Source: Paraspadella gotoi (taxonomy: Eukaryota > Animalia > Chaetognatha). From it: a stretch of 64,000 bases of DNA. The stretch covers positions 26,702,694 through 26,766,693 of the forward strand of contig CM119265.1 in the NCBI GenBank assembly GCA_051294375.1. Direction: 5' to 3'. The notes under the pieces were generated by a model, which made no database searches, was not told the DNA's origin, and saw only the letters and a list, made by a program, of their open reading frames with translations. Shown in pieces: positions 10,911 through 24,099 of this stretch (position 1 is its first letter; every line of letters begins with the position of its first letter). The position numbers were made by a program, and so were the translations under genes.

Positions 10911-13065
10911 TCCTCTATTATAACATTTGATGCACATTTGATTAATGAACTTACCTTTCCTTACCCCTGGCCGCGCTGCTCGCATTTTTTTCGTCTTTTA
11001 CCGACAAATTTCACCGACAAAAAAGATTGGCGTCGGCTTCCTTCCAATTTGACGTCGGCTAACCTTTTTTTTTCTTTGGGCAGAAATTGACGATATTATT
11101 TTTGCGGTTTGAAGTTTTTTAAAAAAAAAAAGAAAAAATAAATGAGTAAAATGTTTATTATTTTTTATGCCTCGAGTGTCGGCCGTAAGATGAACTGGAT
11201 TTTTCATGGATTAACGTTTTCTAAATCTCAAAGCGACGTAAATGTGGAATAAATGTGGAATAAATGTGGAATAAATGACGAATAAATCGTAAATAATTTT
11301 ATTTTAGAGAATAAATAAATGGCGAAATCAATGTCGTAATTGTCGTAAAATATATTGGTAAAAAAAATGTTTTAAAAAATTCTGATTTTTTTCTGAGAAA
11401 CGATTAATATCCAATAACAAGGTTTTCTCGAGTGATGTGAACGGTGAAAAGAAGGCCGGTCAAAAAAGGGAAATATTGACGAGACGCGAAGTCACAACAT
11501 ATCTTTCATTTAGTTTGTTTTGAATTACGAGATTCATTGTCTACGTCATTGTTAACCTCGTTTTTGTGGCCAATGTATAAATAACTAATTTTGAACGAAA
11601 AAAAAATTCTTTGTAAATAAAAAAGTAAATGTTTTGTCACGTTTGGTTTCGGAGTTCTCGAGGTAGAGGTTGTCTGACCCGTCTCAAGCGTGGCAAGCGT
11701 GGCAAGCGTGGCAAGTCGCACAATCTTATAAAACGACTTGGCATCTTAATTGAAACTGGACACCGCGAAGCTGAAACGGTTTTAGAAAGAGATCGAGAGA
11801 CAATTAATGTTTATCATACTAAGTTTAAAATGTCCAGTTTTCACGCTCTAATCGAACCTCACAGTGAAGTAGAGATTAATATCAGTGACGTTATTTAGAT
11901 AAATAGATAATAAGGCAGCCGATGAAAGCATTAAATAAACAACGATGACAGTGACAATGGACATTACACAGTGATACAATTTTTTTTTGAAGACTTAAAA
12001 CGATATAAAATGACGTTTTATTTATTTTTAGTTTAATTTTACGATTTCTTTTAAATAAATAAGGAGATAAATAATCTTGTTGGGATTGCAGGTCTTTTCC
12101 GGCTGTCACTTTAAATACTGACTATTTTGTACATAATAACAAATATCCTATATTTTTTTCTAGAAATACTTAAAAACTAAGAAAAAAAATCAATTAACAT
12201 ATCCTCTTTATTTTAGAATGAAAAACTTTTACTTAAAATAGTACTTCAATATGCAAATGAGATTGAGGGAAAAATAAAATCAAAGACTCGACGAAACAGA
12301 AAAAGAAAAGAAAAAATGATACATACTAGAAAAATAAAAAGAAAGACGAAAAGAAAAGCGAGTTTACAATGAAGTAGCAACACACACTCTCTCTCTCTCT
12401 CTCTCTCTNNNNNNNNNNNNNNNNNNNNNNNNNNNNNNNNNNNNNNNNNNNNNNNNNNNNNNNNNNNNNNNNNNNNNNNNNNNNNNNNNNNNNNNNNNNN
12501 NNNNNNNNNNNNNNNNNNNNNNNNNNNNNNNNNNNNNNNNNNNNNNNNNNNNNNNNNNNNNNNNNNNNNNNNNNNNNNNNNNNNNNNNNNNNNNNNNNNN
12601 NNNNNNNNNNNNNNNNNNNNNNNNNNNNNNNNNNNNNNNNNNNNNNNNNCATCCGCGGCAGGTCTCTCTTCTACTCCTCTCTCTCTCTTCTCTCTTCCTC
12701 TCTCTCTTCTCTTCTCTCTCCTCTCTCTCTCTTCTCTCTTACTCTCCTCTTCTTCCTCTCTCTCTTTTCCCCATCTCTCTCGGTTCCCCCAATTCGGCCG
12801 AATTAAAACCACCTCGTTTCGACCACCCCGACCACAATCGGCCACCATGTACCGGACGAACTCCCACCCGATACAAGCACAATAGGGGTAAGTTCTCTCA
12901 CGACGGCGTGACAGAAGAAGGTAAGTTCCGGCCGCCGAAATAAATAAGAAAACTCATCTCTCTCTTTTGGTGGTCGTTTGTGAAACTTGAGGTCAATGGT
13001 GGTCTATTGTCAAGTGGGCTGTCAACCTAAAATATCGTGAGCCGCTTTTAAAATAAGCTCGGTCG

Positions 13066-13217
13066 GAAAATGAACTGTTAATTGGTGTAAGGGACCGTTA
13101 ATGTTTAATCATTGAAAATGAACTGTTAATTGGTGTAAGGGATCGTTAATGTTTAATCATTGAAAATGAACTGTTAATTGGTGCAAGGGATCGTTAATGT
13201 TTAATCATTGAAAATGA
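13066..13217. repeat. 48-bp tandem repeat, ~3.2 copies
   Basis: GAAAATGAACTGTTAATTGGTGTAAGGGA(C/T)CGTTAATGTTTAATCATT starting at 13066, 13114 and 13162, with a partial copy at 13210. Confidence 0.95.
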
Positions 13218-14409
13218 TCATCAACACGATTTAAAAATATGTTATTTTATTCTATTAATCGGCGGTTGTCACGAAGATCTCCATTTAATTGGTTTTATCT
13301 CACGCCCGTAAACAAATAGTGGTTTCCATTATCCCATCCAGTTTGTTTTGTTTTTTTTAATTTTCTAAATTAAAAGTCAAAGCAATTAGAAAAATCTTCG
13401 CTTGATTTCTGCGCAAATCGATAAAAAAACGAGAACAATTAAATCGTCAAGGCGGCGAAGCGACTTGATTCGCTTTTAACTGCAATATGCAAATGAGATT
13501 AAATATCGCAGGAGGCGGGGGTGGAAGGATGAGGAGATAAGATGACGACGAAAGTTAAACGAAGTCGAAAGAGAAGGAAATTTTTTTGTGTTCGGTTTGA
13601 GAGAGAGAGGGGAAGGGGGAGGAAAAGAGGGGAAGGGGAGGGAAAGAGAGGAAGGGGAAGAAAAGAGAGGACGAGAGGGAGGAAGAAGTATAATAAATGG
13701 AAGGTGGCAGGGAAAAGAAGAGAGAGAGAGGGAGGAAGAAAAGAGAAATATTAAATGTTAGATATATATTAATTTTAATTTTAACTCAAAACGAAAAACG
13801 ACAAATAGCGAGTGAAGATATAAGATATAACCTTTTTACGTAAATTTAAAAAAAAAACCTTTTTCTTAAATCCAGTTAATATGATTTCCTTCGGAGATTG
13901 AAATCCCATCCTGATTCGTGATATGTCGAGACAGTAAAACCATTAAAAGAAAAATGCATTTAAATAAAATAAACCGATAAGAGAAACGCGCGGCAAACGC
14001 GTTTAATCTTAAGTAACTTTTTTTGTAGTAGGATGGATCGAATGGCAAAATATTTTAATAATAGGGCGGTATGTAAGTACGTTTAATTTCCAAAACTGAA
14101 GACTAATAATCTTTTAAACAAATTATTTGGCATTTTTTACCTTTCTTATTTTTCTAAATTTTGAATGCTATATTTCTTAAGAATATGGAAGCTTTTTCCT
14201 AAAACAATTTTTTATTAAATAAAAAACTGTAAAACAAAAAGAGTGAGAGATGATGAGAGATGGACGAGAGAGAGGAGAGGAGAGAGAGGAGAGAGGAGGA
14301 GAGACGAGCTGCGAGGCAGTGTGAGAGGAGGCTGAGAGAGAGAGAGAGAGAGCCAATTATGGCTGCTCTTACGGTTTCTGCCTTCATCACGATAACAACT
14401 TAAGAGGAA

Positions 14410-14752
14410 AGAGAAAAAAATGTGGAGGCAGAAGGAAAGAAAAAGGGAGGAATGGGGTGAAGGAGGAGGAAAGGAAAGAAGAAAAGTGGAGGAAAAAAGG
14501 AAATAGATGAAAGGAAAGAAAAAAGTGGAGGGAAAAAAGGAAAGAGATGAAAAGAAAGAAGAAAAGTGGAGGAAAGAAGGAAAGAGATGAAAGGAAAGAA
14601 GAAAAGTGGAGGAAAAAAGGAAAGAGATGAAAGGAAAGAAGAAAAGTGGAGAGAAAAAAGGAAAGAGATGAAAGGAAAGAAGAAAAGTGTAGGAAAAAAG
14701 GAGGAAAGAGATGATAGAAAAGAAGAAAAGTGGAGGAAAAAAAGGAAAGAGA
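14410..14752. repeat. 40-bp purine-rich minisatellite, ~7-8 copies
   Basis: AAAAGTGGA recurs at ~14482, 14521, 14562, 14602, 14642 and 14726 (variant at 14683), within the unit GAAAGGAAAGAAGAAAAGTGGAGGAAAAAAGGAAAGAGAT. Confidence 0.85.
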
Positions 14753-15544
14753 TTTTAAAAGAAAAGATCGGCGATGAAAATAGAGGTGTAAATGAAATAA
14801 AACATAGATTCACTGTGAATTTCAAAAAATTAAATATATTCATATGTATTAATTGTAGTTACTCGTTATTTTTTGGATACTAGTTCTAATACATCTAAAC
14901 GATTTTTGCCTCAGCCATTGTTCCGTTGTTACAAAGACGAGGACGACGATGACGACGACGACATCGACGACGACAGCGACGACGACGACGATGACGACGA
15001 CAGCGACGACGACGAAAAAAGGCAGAAAAGCAAGAAAATCGAAAAAAACCAAACGGAATCGACAGAAAATGACGACGACGACGACGACGATAACGACGAC
15101 GAGTTTTCATCGACAACAAAAGAACAACGACAACCGCAACAACGACGACGACAACGACGTCGGAGAAACGGCAAACAAATTGCGCCATCATTCGGAGAAA
15201 TTGGTGATCCGCGCTTAGCTCAACTCCAACACAACGCTATTGTGAATGAGAGGAGGGGAGGAGGAGGCAGGAGGAGGGAAAGGGAGGAGGGGAAAGGGAG
15301 GGAGGAGGAGGAAGGAGGAGGAGTAGTGGGAGAGAAAGGAGAAACGGGGACCGGAGAAAGGGGATGGGAAAAAGGGAGAGAAACACTGGAAGGCAGAGGA
15401 AACAAAAAAGAAGAAAATTAGTCTGAGGGGAGGTTAGAAGAAGGGATGAGAAGCAGGATAGGATGCACTTTGAGTGTGGGGAATGTGGATAGAGAGAGAC
15501 AGAGAGAGATGAGAGAGAGACGAGAAGAGAAAGAGAGAGAGGAG

Positions 15545-15578
<34 letters not shown>

Positions 15579-16607
15579 ATAGACAGAGAGTGAGAAGAGC
15601 TCATGTAATCTCTCAGTAACNNNNNNNNNNNNNNNNNNNNNNNNNNNNNNNNNNNNNNNNNNNNNNNNTGATTCAAGTGAGGGGGTCAAGTGCGTGAGGT
15701 CTCATTGTATTCAGCGAATTATTAGGAAAGTAAAATGCAGTTAGATCCTTGTAATTTGCTGCTAGTGCGGAGAATAATATTATATATTGTATAGATAAGA
15801 TAAAACACTTAATGGAGTTGTCTTTTTATGCAATTGAAACATTCTTTGAAATATCACTTCATNNNNNNNNNNNNNNNNNNNNNNNNNNNNNNNNNNNNNN
15901 NNNNNNNNNNNNNNNNNNNNNNNNNNNNNNNNNNNNNNNNNNNNNNNNNNNNNNNNNNNNNNNNNNNNNNNNNNNNNNNNNNNNNNNNNNNNNNNNNNNN
16001 NNNNNNNNNNNNNNNNNNNNNNNNNNNNNNNNNNNNNNNNNNNNNNNNNNNNNNNNNNNNNNNNNNNNNNNNNNNNNNNNNNNNNNNNNNNNNNNNNNNN
16101 NNNNNNNNNNNNNNNNNNNNNNNNNNNNNNNNNNNNNNNNNNNNNNNNNNNNNNNNNNNNNNNNNNNACAACAACAACAACAACAACAACGGAACGCGCG
16201 CACGCAAGACGAATCCGATATTTATTAACGAAAGATTCTTTTTTCATCGGCAGCTGAATTACGTCCAGTTTCCATTTAAAGAGTCCGTACGAAGCGGACA
16301 GATTCCAGACTCTCGCTCCCCAGATCGACGGACTTACCTTATCGACTGACCCGCCCGTCAATCCCCCCCCCCTAGCACGGCGGCTGCGACCTTGAATCGG
16401 GGCGGGCAGCCCTTCCGGGGCCGCACCTGCCCTCGAGGCCGCGCGCCCGACCGACTTGGTTTTGACCGGTGACCTTCTTTGAGCCGTGGCGTGACCCGAT
16501 ATAAGCTCGTGCCGATGGCGTGACGTCATAAACCGTGACTTCTTTGGATTTTTGGTTTTTGATTTTTTTGCGTTACTTTTTTCTTGTGTGTTTTAAGATC
16601 GGAGTGA

Positions 16608-16740
16608 TATGAAATTGGTACAACCAATATAAAAATTATCCATTCATTTAATAAATAAGCTATCTTGCCCCTGACTTTGGACAGGTTTAAGGCCTCCATC
16701 ACTCATCAAGATAATGACATAGCAGGTTCCTTCAAGCTTT
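16608..16740 (-). mobile_element. Interspersed repeat family A (probable LINE/SINE 3' end)
   Basis: TATGAAATTGGTACAACCAATATAAAAATTATCCATTCATTTAATAAATAAGCTATCTTGCCCCTGACTTTGGACA..., homologous to 23306-23527 and 42590-42818. Confidence 0.7.
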
Positions 16741-18576
16741 ATATATAATTATGTGTCCATGTGTCACGTGACTTTGATTAGGGTCAGAGAGAGAGAGAGN
16801 NNNNNNNNNNNNNNNNNNNNNNNNNNNNNNNNNNNNNNNNNNNNNNNNNNNNNNNNNNNNNNNNNNNNNNNNNNNNNNNNNNNNNNNNNNNNNNNNNNNN
16901 NNNNNNNNNNNNNNNNNNNNNNNNNNNNNNNNNNNNNNNNNNNNNNNNNNNNNNNNNNNNNNNNNNNNNNNNNNNNNNNNNNNNNNNNNNNNNNNNNGAG
17001 TTGATATTAAAGATAAATTAATGATAAGTCGTAAATAAAGTCTTCGTGTGCGTCTGAGTGTGGAACGATTGACGTGTGACGTGAGTGTGGAAATGAGAGG
17101 TGATGACGTGTGCGAGGAAGCGAGGAAGAGATTTGAGCGACTGGGTGTGACTCGAAAAGTCTCACAAACCGCGACGGCGTGAACGATTGTGATTCGCGAT
17201 CTTCAATGAAGCGTGAATCTCATTGAGTACAAAATTCCGATTCTGTACGAGGATGAATAAAAAGACGAGAGTGGTGAAAAGTAAGAGATAAACTTGGACA
17301 AATGAATACTTAATTAATATGTGGTTATTATTGTTTTTATTGTTTTTTTATAAAACCATATTTTTAGCCAAGATCTTTTACCTCGTTTCAAGACGTTTAG
17401 CCAATTTCATCTCTGGCCAGTTTCATGTTCGGCCAATATTTTCGCGCGCTTCGTCTCCTGCTTTAATTTCCTTGAGTTTAATGTGAGATTAAGCAGTTTA
17501 ACTCGTAAAATCATTCAAAATTGTTTCGCCCGGAGAAACAACCTTTTTACGGTTTTCCACGGAACTTTTTTATATACTAAGTCCTTCCTTTTTATTTCAA
17601 TTCTTCCTTTTTATTTCAATTCTTCCTTTTCATTTAGTTCCTTCCTTTTTCTTTAGTTCCTTATTTTTCCTCCATTTTTGTCTCATCTTTTGTCCCAACA
17701 CAAAATAAAAATACAGCGGAAGTAAGTTAATGAAAAATAATTAGAGACGGCGAAAGAAAATGAGACACAAAGAAACTAAAATAAACTAAACCGAGGCTAA
17801 ATATACAAAACTAAAGAAAAGCCGAGTAAAAAGAATGGAATTAACCGAGGACACGTGGACTCGGAAGGCGGAGAAGATGTTAAGAAAAGTCGCCGGCAGA
17901 GGAGAGGAGTAAGTAAACATAAACGAGGAATTTAGTCTATTTTTAGAAAAAAATCTATTATGGGGTCACGAGGATGAGCGTTATCGACCCCGAAATAAGC
18001 CCGACAGGTCATTCTTGACCCTGAGCCATGAGCCATCCCGGTCCAAGATCACGATCTTCAAAGGCGGTGCGAGCCGGGTCAGTCGCTGACCCGAAATCAC
18101 GAAAAGAAAAAAAAGGTAAAGAAAGGAAAAAAAATAGGGGATTTAAGGAATCTCCGCCTGCCCAGGCCCCCTCTTTCTTCTTGAGGTCATCCATGAGCTC
18201 GAACCATCATCGCCGACTTCAAAAGCGGGTGAGGCTAAAACAAAAAAGAAAGAAATGGGTAGGGAAGCCGAGGGAGAAAAAAAAGGTGAGGTGAATCGCT
18301 TCCTCATTCTGTTGACGCAAAAGATGAGTTTCAGTTTTATCGTCTTAACGAGTTTTTAGGGGGGAGAGAGGGAGAGACAGTGGGAAGACTTGTGAGGCTT
18401 GGCCCGAAACCCATGGCCAAAGGTAAAACAAATATGATGAGAGAGACTGATTTTGATTTTAAATAGAGATCATTGGAATAGAATTAAGAATGTTAAACTA
18501 AATTAGATTTGATTACAAGATTATATTAGTTTTGAATAGATTGGGTTAAATTAAATTGAGATTAGATTATATTATA

Positions 18577-18662
18577 ATTAGAAGAGTTTGAAATTATTGT
18601 CATCGAATTTATTTTATTAGAATGGACATGTTTCGGCTTAGGTACAAGCCTTCGTCCGCATT
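18577..18662 (-). mobile_element. Penelope-like element pLTR fragment carrying a degenerate minimal type-I hammerhead ribozyme (18621-18662)
   Basis: Minus-strand RNA reads AAUG-CGGACGA-A-GGCUU-GUACCU-AAGCC-GAAA-CAUG-UC^CAUU, followed by AAUAAA (TTTATT 18613-18618). Stems I and II pair perfectly; the core has one substitution (CUGA to CGGA). Confidence 0.65.
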
Positions 18663-19737
18663 AACGATTGTGAAGGCTTGCTAAATTGGAAAAAAAAACA
18701 GCAAAAAACGCGTTATAACTTGATACACACAAAGTAATAATTATTAATTACTTATTAAGTATGGTGATTAAGTATCCACGGAATAACGTTGCCAGACTCT
18801 CATACTACAAAACTCGTCTTTGGCTCAATCGAAAGAAGTTCAGGTTTTTGACCCTTGACCCGAGGTGACCCAGAGAAAAGGGGACAACTATGACCAGAAA
18901 ACCCAAACCAATCAAAGGTGGTTAAAGGATCTGATAAGTCGCCTCGCCTTTTTCGATTAAACCCATTTGGATGGAAGCATCTCAACGACGTCTTGCTGCC
19001 CTCAGATGTAATCGATCACTCTCTCTCTCTTCGTCTCTCGTCTCTCTCATGCTCTCTCTGTCTCTCTACGTGTACTCTCGTACTTGCTACTCTCGATCCT
19101 CTCTCNNNNNNNNNNNNNNNNNNNNNNNNNCGAGGATTACCCTCCAACTTGTCATCGGTTTCAACGTTTCTATTCGCCGCCCGAAGATCGTAGATCGATC
19201 CACGAGAGATTCACTTNNNNNNNNNNNNNNNNNNNNNNNNNNNNNNNNNNNNNNNNNNNNNNNNNNNNNNNNNNNNNNNNNNNNNNNNNNNNNNNNNNNN
19301 NNNNNNNNNNNNNNNNNNNNNNNTTGGTTGGAAGGGGGGGGAATTAAGGGGGTGAGGAATTGGTAAGTTTATCTGATCGAAATGGCCGAACCAAAGTAGA
19401 AATCGTTTTGAGTTGAAGAAGGAAAAGTTGTTGTTGTTGTTGTTGTTTTAGTAGTTGTTGTTGTTGTTGTTGTCGTCGTCGTTTTTATTATTGTACATAC
19501 ATTGTATTTACATTTTTACAGTTGCCTTCTTTCAAAAATGTTGCTCGTTGTTTTTGTTGTCGTTTTGTTGTTGTTCTTATTATCCACGTCCCACTCATTC
19601 TTTCCCAACGGAAGAAAGTTTTTTTGTCTTTTTTTTTATCCAAGAAAGAAAAAAAATATTTTTTTTATTCCGTAAGCGTTTTGCATTTTTGATCTCATTT
19701 GCATAAACGAATCTGGAGATCGTTTCTTCTTTGGTGG

Positions 19738-19832
<95 letters not shown>

Positions 19833-22549
19833 GGAATTACACGACTCTAAGATGGAATCACTGCGTCTAATTATAATTAAAAAAACTGCTTAGAGAATAT
19901 TGTTTTTGATATTAAACAATATTAAAGAAAAAGTTTTTGCGCTGATGAAGACTAACAATATCGCCGAAAAATTAATTTCGTTGTTGAAACTAAAAAAACT
20001 TTTTCTTTCATGCCACCTCCGCGACGAAACGAAAGAAATAAAACAATGATATTAAACCCAAAAAATCGACATACTGACATCATTCCAATTAAGATTTAAA
20101 CATTACTGTTTTAGATAGCAACCATATAAAATAGTAGGCATCCTCAATTCAACAAAAACAAAAAACACTGACGTTTAAAATGGAATCATTAATAAATGTT
20201 ATGAACTAATTCATAAGAAACTATAAAAAAATCTTAAGATTCACAAGAATCATAAGATTCTTTATTCAACATTCATTTTTGGCTTTCACTATATTAGTCG
20301 CAATTCCTAAACTTATTTTTTTTTAAAGAAAACACTCAAGAAACTGATTGTCTCGCGATCCTACTCTGATGTGGGAATTATTTAAAATTATGTACGGCCA
20401 AGATTTAAATTATAGTAGGTTGGAGTTTGGTAAAAAAGATAGGAGTGAGAAGTTTTGTTAAGAGAGAGAGAGAGAGAGAGGCAGGCAGGNNNNNNNNNNN
20501 NNNNNNNNNNNNNNNNNNNNNNNNNNNNNNNNNNNNNNNNNNNNNNNNNNNNNNNNNNNNNNNNNNNNNNNNNNNNNNNNNNNNNNNNNNNNNNNNNNNN
20601 NNNNNNNNNNNNNNNNNNNNNNNNNNNNNNNNNNNNNNNNNNNNNNNNNNNNNNNNNNNNNNNNNNNNNNNNNNNNNNNNNNNNNNNNNNNNNNNNNNNN
20701 NNNNNNNNNNNNNNNNNNNNNNNNNNNNNNNNNNNNNNNNNNNNNNNNNNNNNNNNNNNNNNNNNNNNNNNNNNNNNNNNNNNNNNNNNNNNNNNNNNNN
20801 NNNNNNNNNNNNNNNNNNNNNNNNNNNNNNNNNNNNNNNNNNNNNNNNNNNNNNNNNNNNNNNNNNNNNNNNNNNNNNNNNNNNNNNNNNNNNNNNNNNN
20901 NNNNNNNNNNNNNNNNNNNNNNNNNNNNNNNNNNNNNNNNNNNNNNNNNNNNNNNNNNNNNNNNNNNNNNNNNNNNNNNNNNNNNNNNNNNNNNNNNNNN
21001 NNNNNNNNNNNNNNNNNNNNNNNNNNNNNNNNNNCACACACACAACCCGGTATATCCTACAAACAGTCTTTTTTGCTCGCGCTCAGCGGGAACAGAGTGG
21101 AACCATAAGCCGTCCTCACCCTTTTCTCAGCCCAGAGTCTGGTGTGGTCTAACGACTTACCAATCAGTCAGGTAAGGGACTCCCCACTGGAGGCATAATT
21201 CATCGCAGGCCACCGTCAGATCGTTGTTTCGTCCTTTAACCTTCGCTTCAGTTTTTAGTTGAGTCGCGAGAATTCTGGCAACGAATCAGTAAACCATCTT
21301 TTTGGTCTGTCTGTCTCTCTCTAAATATATTGATTTGTTCTATTTATATTCAAATTAACTAATATGTTATATTTGTTAATATTTAGCAGCTATAAGGAAA
21401 TGTGTCCTGAAAAGCTATTTTAAAAATTTCAGTATCTAAGTCTAGTTATGTCTGTACTACTTCTGCGAATAGCGGGAAATGGAAAATAAATAATGTTTTT
21501 TTTCTTTTTTTTTTAATATGCAAATTAGCTTTAAAGTAAGTCTTGTAAAAATGATTACCCCTGTAACGAAGCACCTTGTAAAAACCTTTTATATCGTGAA
21601 GCTTAACAGAAGCCAGAAAAGATGGAAAGAAATTATTAAGGATGATAAAGATAAAATCTTAATTTGTTCGCTGAAATTAGGACAAACTTGATTCGGACTT
21701 GATGATCGATCTTGAATAATGTGTGGAATCTTTGGAAGTTTAATTATTGTCTGAGAGATCATCTCTTCCCTGTCTCGCGTTCCTCACTCGTATAGTCGAG
21801 ACGCGGCCACCCGCGCGACACCTCGACGCCGTCATTTTTCATTCTCACTTGCCGTTCTTCTCTCCCTTTGTTCTGCAGAGAAAATCTTTTTGGACTTTTC
21901 CCACTGCAGTTTGAAGGCGGCTCTGGTTTTTAAGGATGAGAGAGAGACGGAGAGAGAGGAGGAGAGAGAGAGAGAGGAGAGAGGAGCGTTGGTAGTTCTC
22001 CGNNNNNNNNNNNNNNNNNNNNNNNNNNNNNNNNNNNNNNNNNNNNNNNNNNNNNNNNNNNNNNNNNNNNNNNNNNNNNNNNNNNNNNNNNNNNNNNNNN
22101 NNNNNNNNNNNNNNNNNNNNNNNNNNNNNNNNNNNNNNNNNNNNNNNNNNNNNNNNNNNNNNNNNNNNNNNNNNNNNNNNNNNNNNNNNNNNNNNNNNNN
22201 NNNNNNNNNNNNNNNNNNNNNNNNNNNNNNNNNNNNNNNNNNNNNNNNNNNNNNNNNNNNNNNNNNNNNNNNNNNNNNNNNNNNNNNNNNNNNNNNNNNN
22301 NNNNNNNNNNNNNNNNNNNNNNNNNNNNNNNNNNNNNNNNNNNNNNNNNNNNNNNNNNNNNNNNNNNNNNNNNNNNNNNNNNNNNNNNNNNNNNNNNNNN
22401 NNNNNNNNNNNNNNNNNNNNNNNNNNNNNNNNNNNNNNNNNNNNNNNNNNNNNNNNNNNNNNNNNNNNNNNNNNNNNNNNNNNNNNNNNNNNNNNNNNNN
22501 NNNNNNNNNNNNNNNNNNNNNNNNNNNNNNNNNNNNNNNNNNTCTCTCT

Positions 22550-22622
<73 letters not shown>

Positions 22623-23289
22623 ATGATTAAATTTCTCCAAAACCTCTTCTTCATTCGCACTTCGATTCGGTTCCTCGCCTCCAGTGGCCATAACATGCTG
22701 CCCTATCGCCTTTGACGACCGCCGCCGCCACCTTATAAAGCATCATCTGCCCCGCCGCTTCAGTCCAAGCGCCCAACATCACTGTCCAACATCACTAGTA
22801 ACTAGTCAACAGCTGCCAACTACATCGCGTCCTCTTTAAACCCCATCTGCCCCACCTCCCACTACCCCAGCTCACCCCAAATCACCACCCCCCACCCCCG
22901 TCCGCCGCTACCCCCCAACTATTCTCCATCCCTGCCACCCCTGCTCCGCCGCTACCCCCCCAACTCTCTCCACCCCCTCTCCGCCGCTACCCCCCATCCC
23001 TCTCCATTCCCTGCCACAACCCTCTCGTCACTTTGACTTTTTGATGAATGAGACGAACTTCCGCTCGAAGGGACTAATTTCCGAGGGAGGGGGAGGTTAT
23101 GTACGGGTTAATGTACGGGTTAATGTACGGCTTAATGTAAGGAGTGATTGTCCAAGCTTTTTGGGGGGGGCCTTCTGAGGGGGCTAATGGGAATCGGAGA
23201 TTGGGGGGCGGGTTAATTTAGGCGAAGCGATCGAGAAAATAAGGGGGTGAATGAATGTTGCTTGTTCGTTTGTTTATTATTTAGGTACA

Positions 23290-23527
23290 TTTATTCTTTC
23301 ATTATTTATGAAATTGGTGCAACCAATATGGAATTATCCATTGACTTAATAAATAAGAATCTTGTCCCTGACTTTAGACAGGCTATGGTGGTTAAAGCTC
23401 CATCACACTTACATAGAAGATAATAACATAGAGGTCCCTCAAGCTTTCATCAAGACTCTCTCACAGTCTCGTTTATTCACTCCCAGAGTACCTGGCTTCC
23501 CTGGTATAATATTTTGAAGAATGTATG
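23290..23527 (-). mobile_element. Interspersed repeat family A, long copy
   Basis: Colinear with 16608-16740 and 42590-42818 (shared AACCAATAT..TTATCCA..AATAAATAAG..TCTTG.CCCTG.CTTT.GACA..CTCCATCAC..TCAAGACTCTCTCACA..TGGTATAATATTT). T-rich tail on its left side. Confidence 0.7.
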
Positions 23528-23798
23528 TATGTAATTTTATGTGAATTCTTATTCGTTTTGTTTTACTTCAAAGTCGTCAAAATTGTTTAGCTTTTACGTA
23601 ATAGTATTTTTTAAAAAAAACTTCTTTTTTTTACCTATTAAACTAAAGTCACTTAATTTTAATTGATAAGTTACATCAGTAATTAGACTTATTTTTTCAC
23701 CGAAAAAGGAAACCGCAAAAATCTGGTAAGTTATTAAACCTGCGGCGATTTTCAGCGCCTTATTTCATTTTCAAATCTTTAACTGGAGAGAAAGGTGG

Positions 23799-23889
<91 letters not shown>

Positions 23890-24063
23890 CTCCTAGGATC
23901 GCAAATTTGTTCGACTGGAAATGACATTTTTTTTTTTGTGGAAAATGGAAAAAAAAAACAACTTCGGATGTTCTTTGAGAATTTAGTGTGCAGTCAATAA
24001 ACTTATTTTTCAAAATGATTAAATTTTAGGTTATTTTCTAGTTAAAATCCGATGAAATAACTT

Positions 24064-24099
<36 letters not shown>

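Noticed and set aside
14873-15421. 182-aa acidic/basic ORF
   Set aside because: Built from GAC/CAA/GGA simple repeats with a non-ATG start; no domain or convincing splice context.
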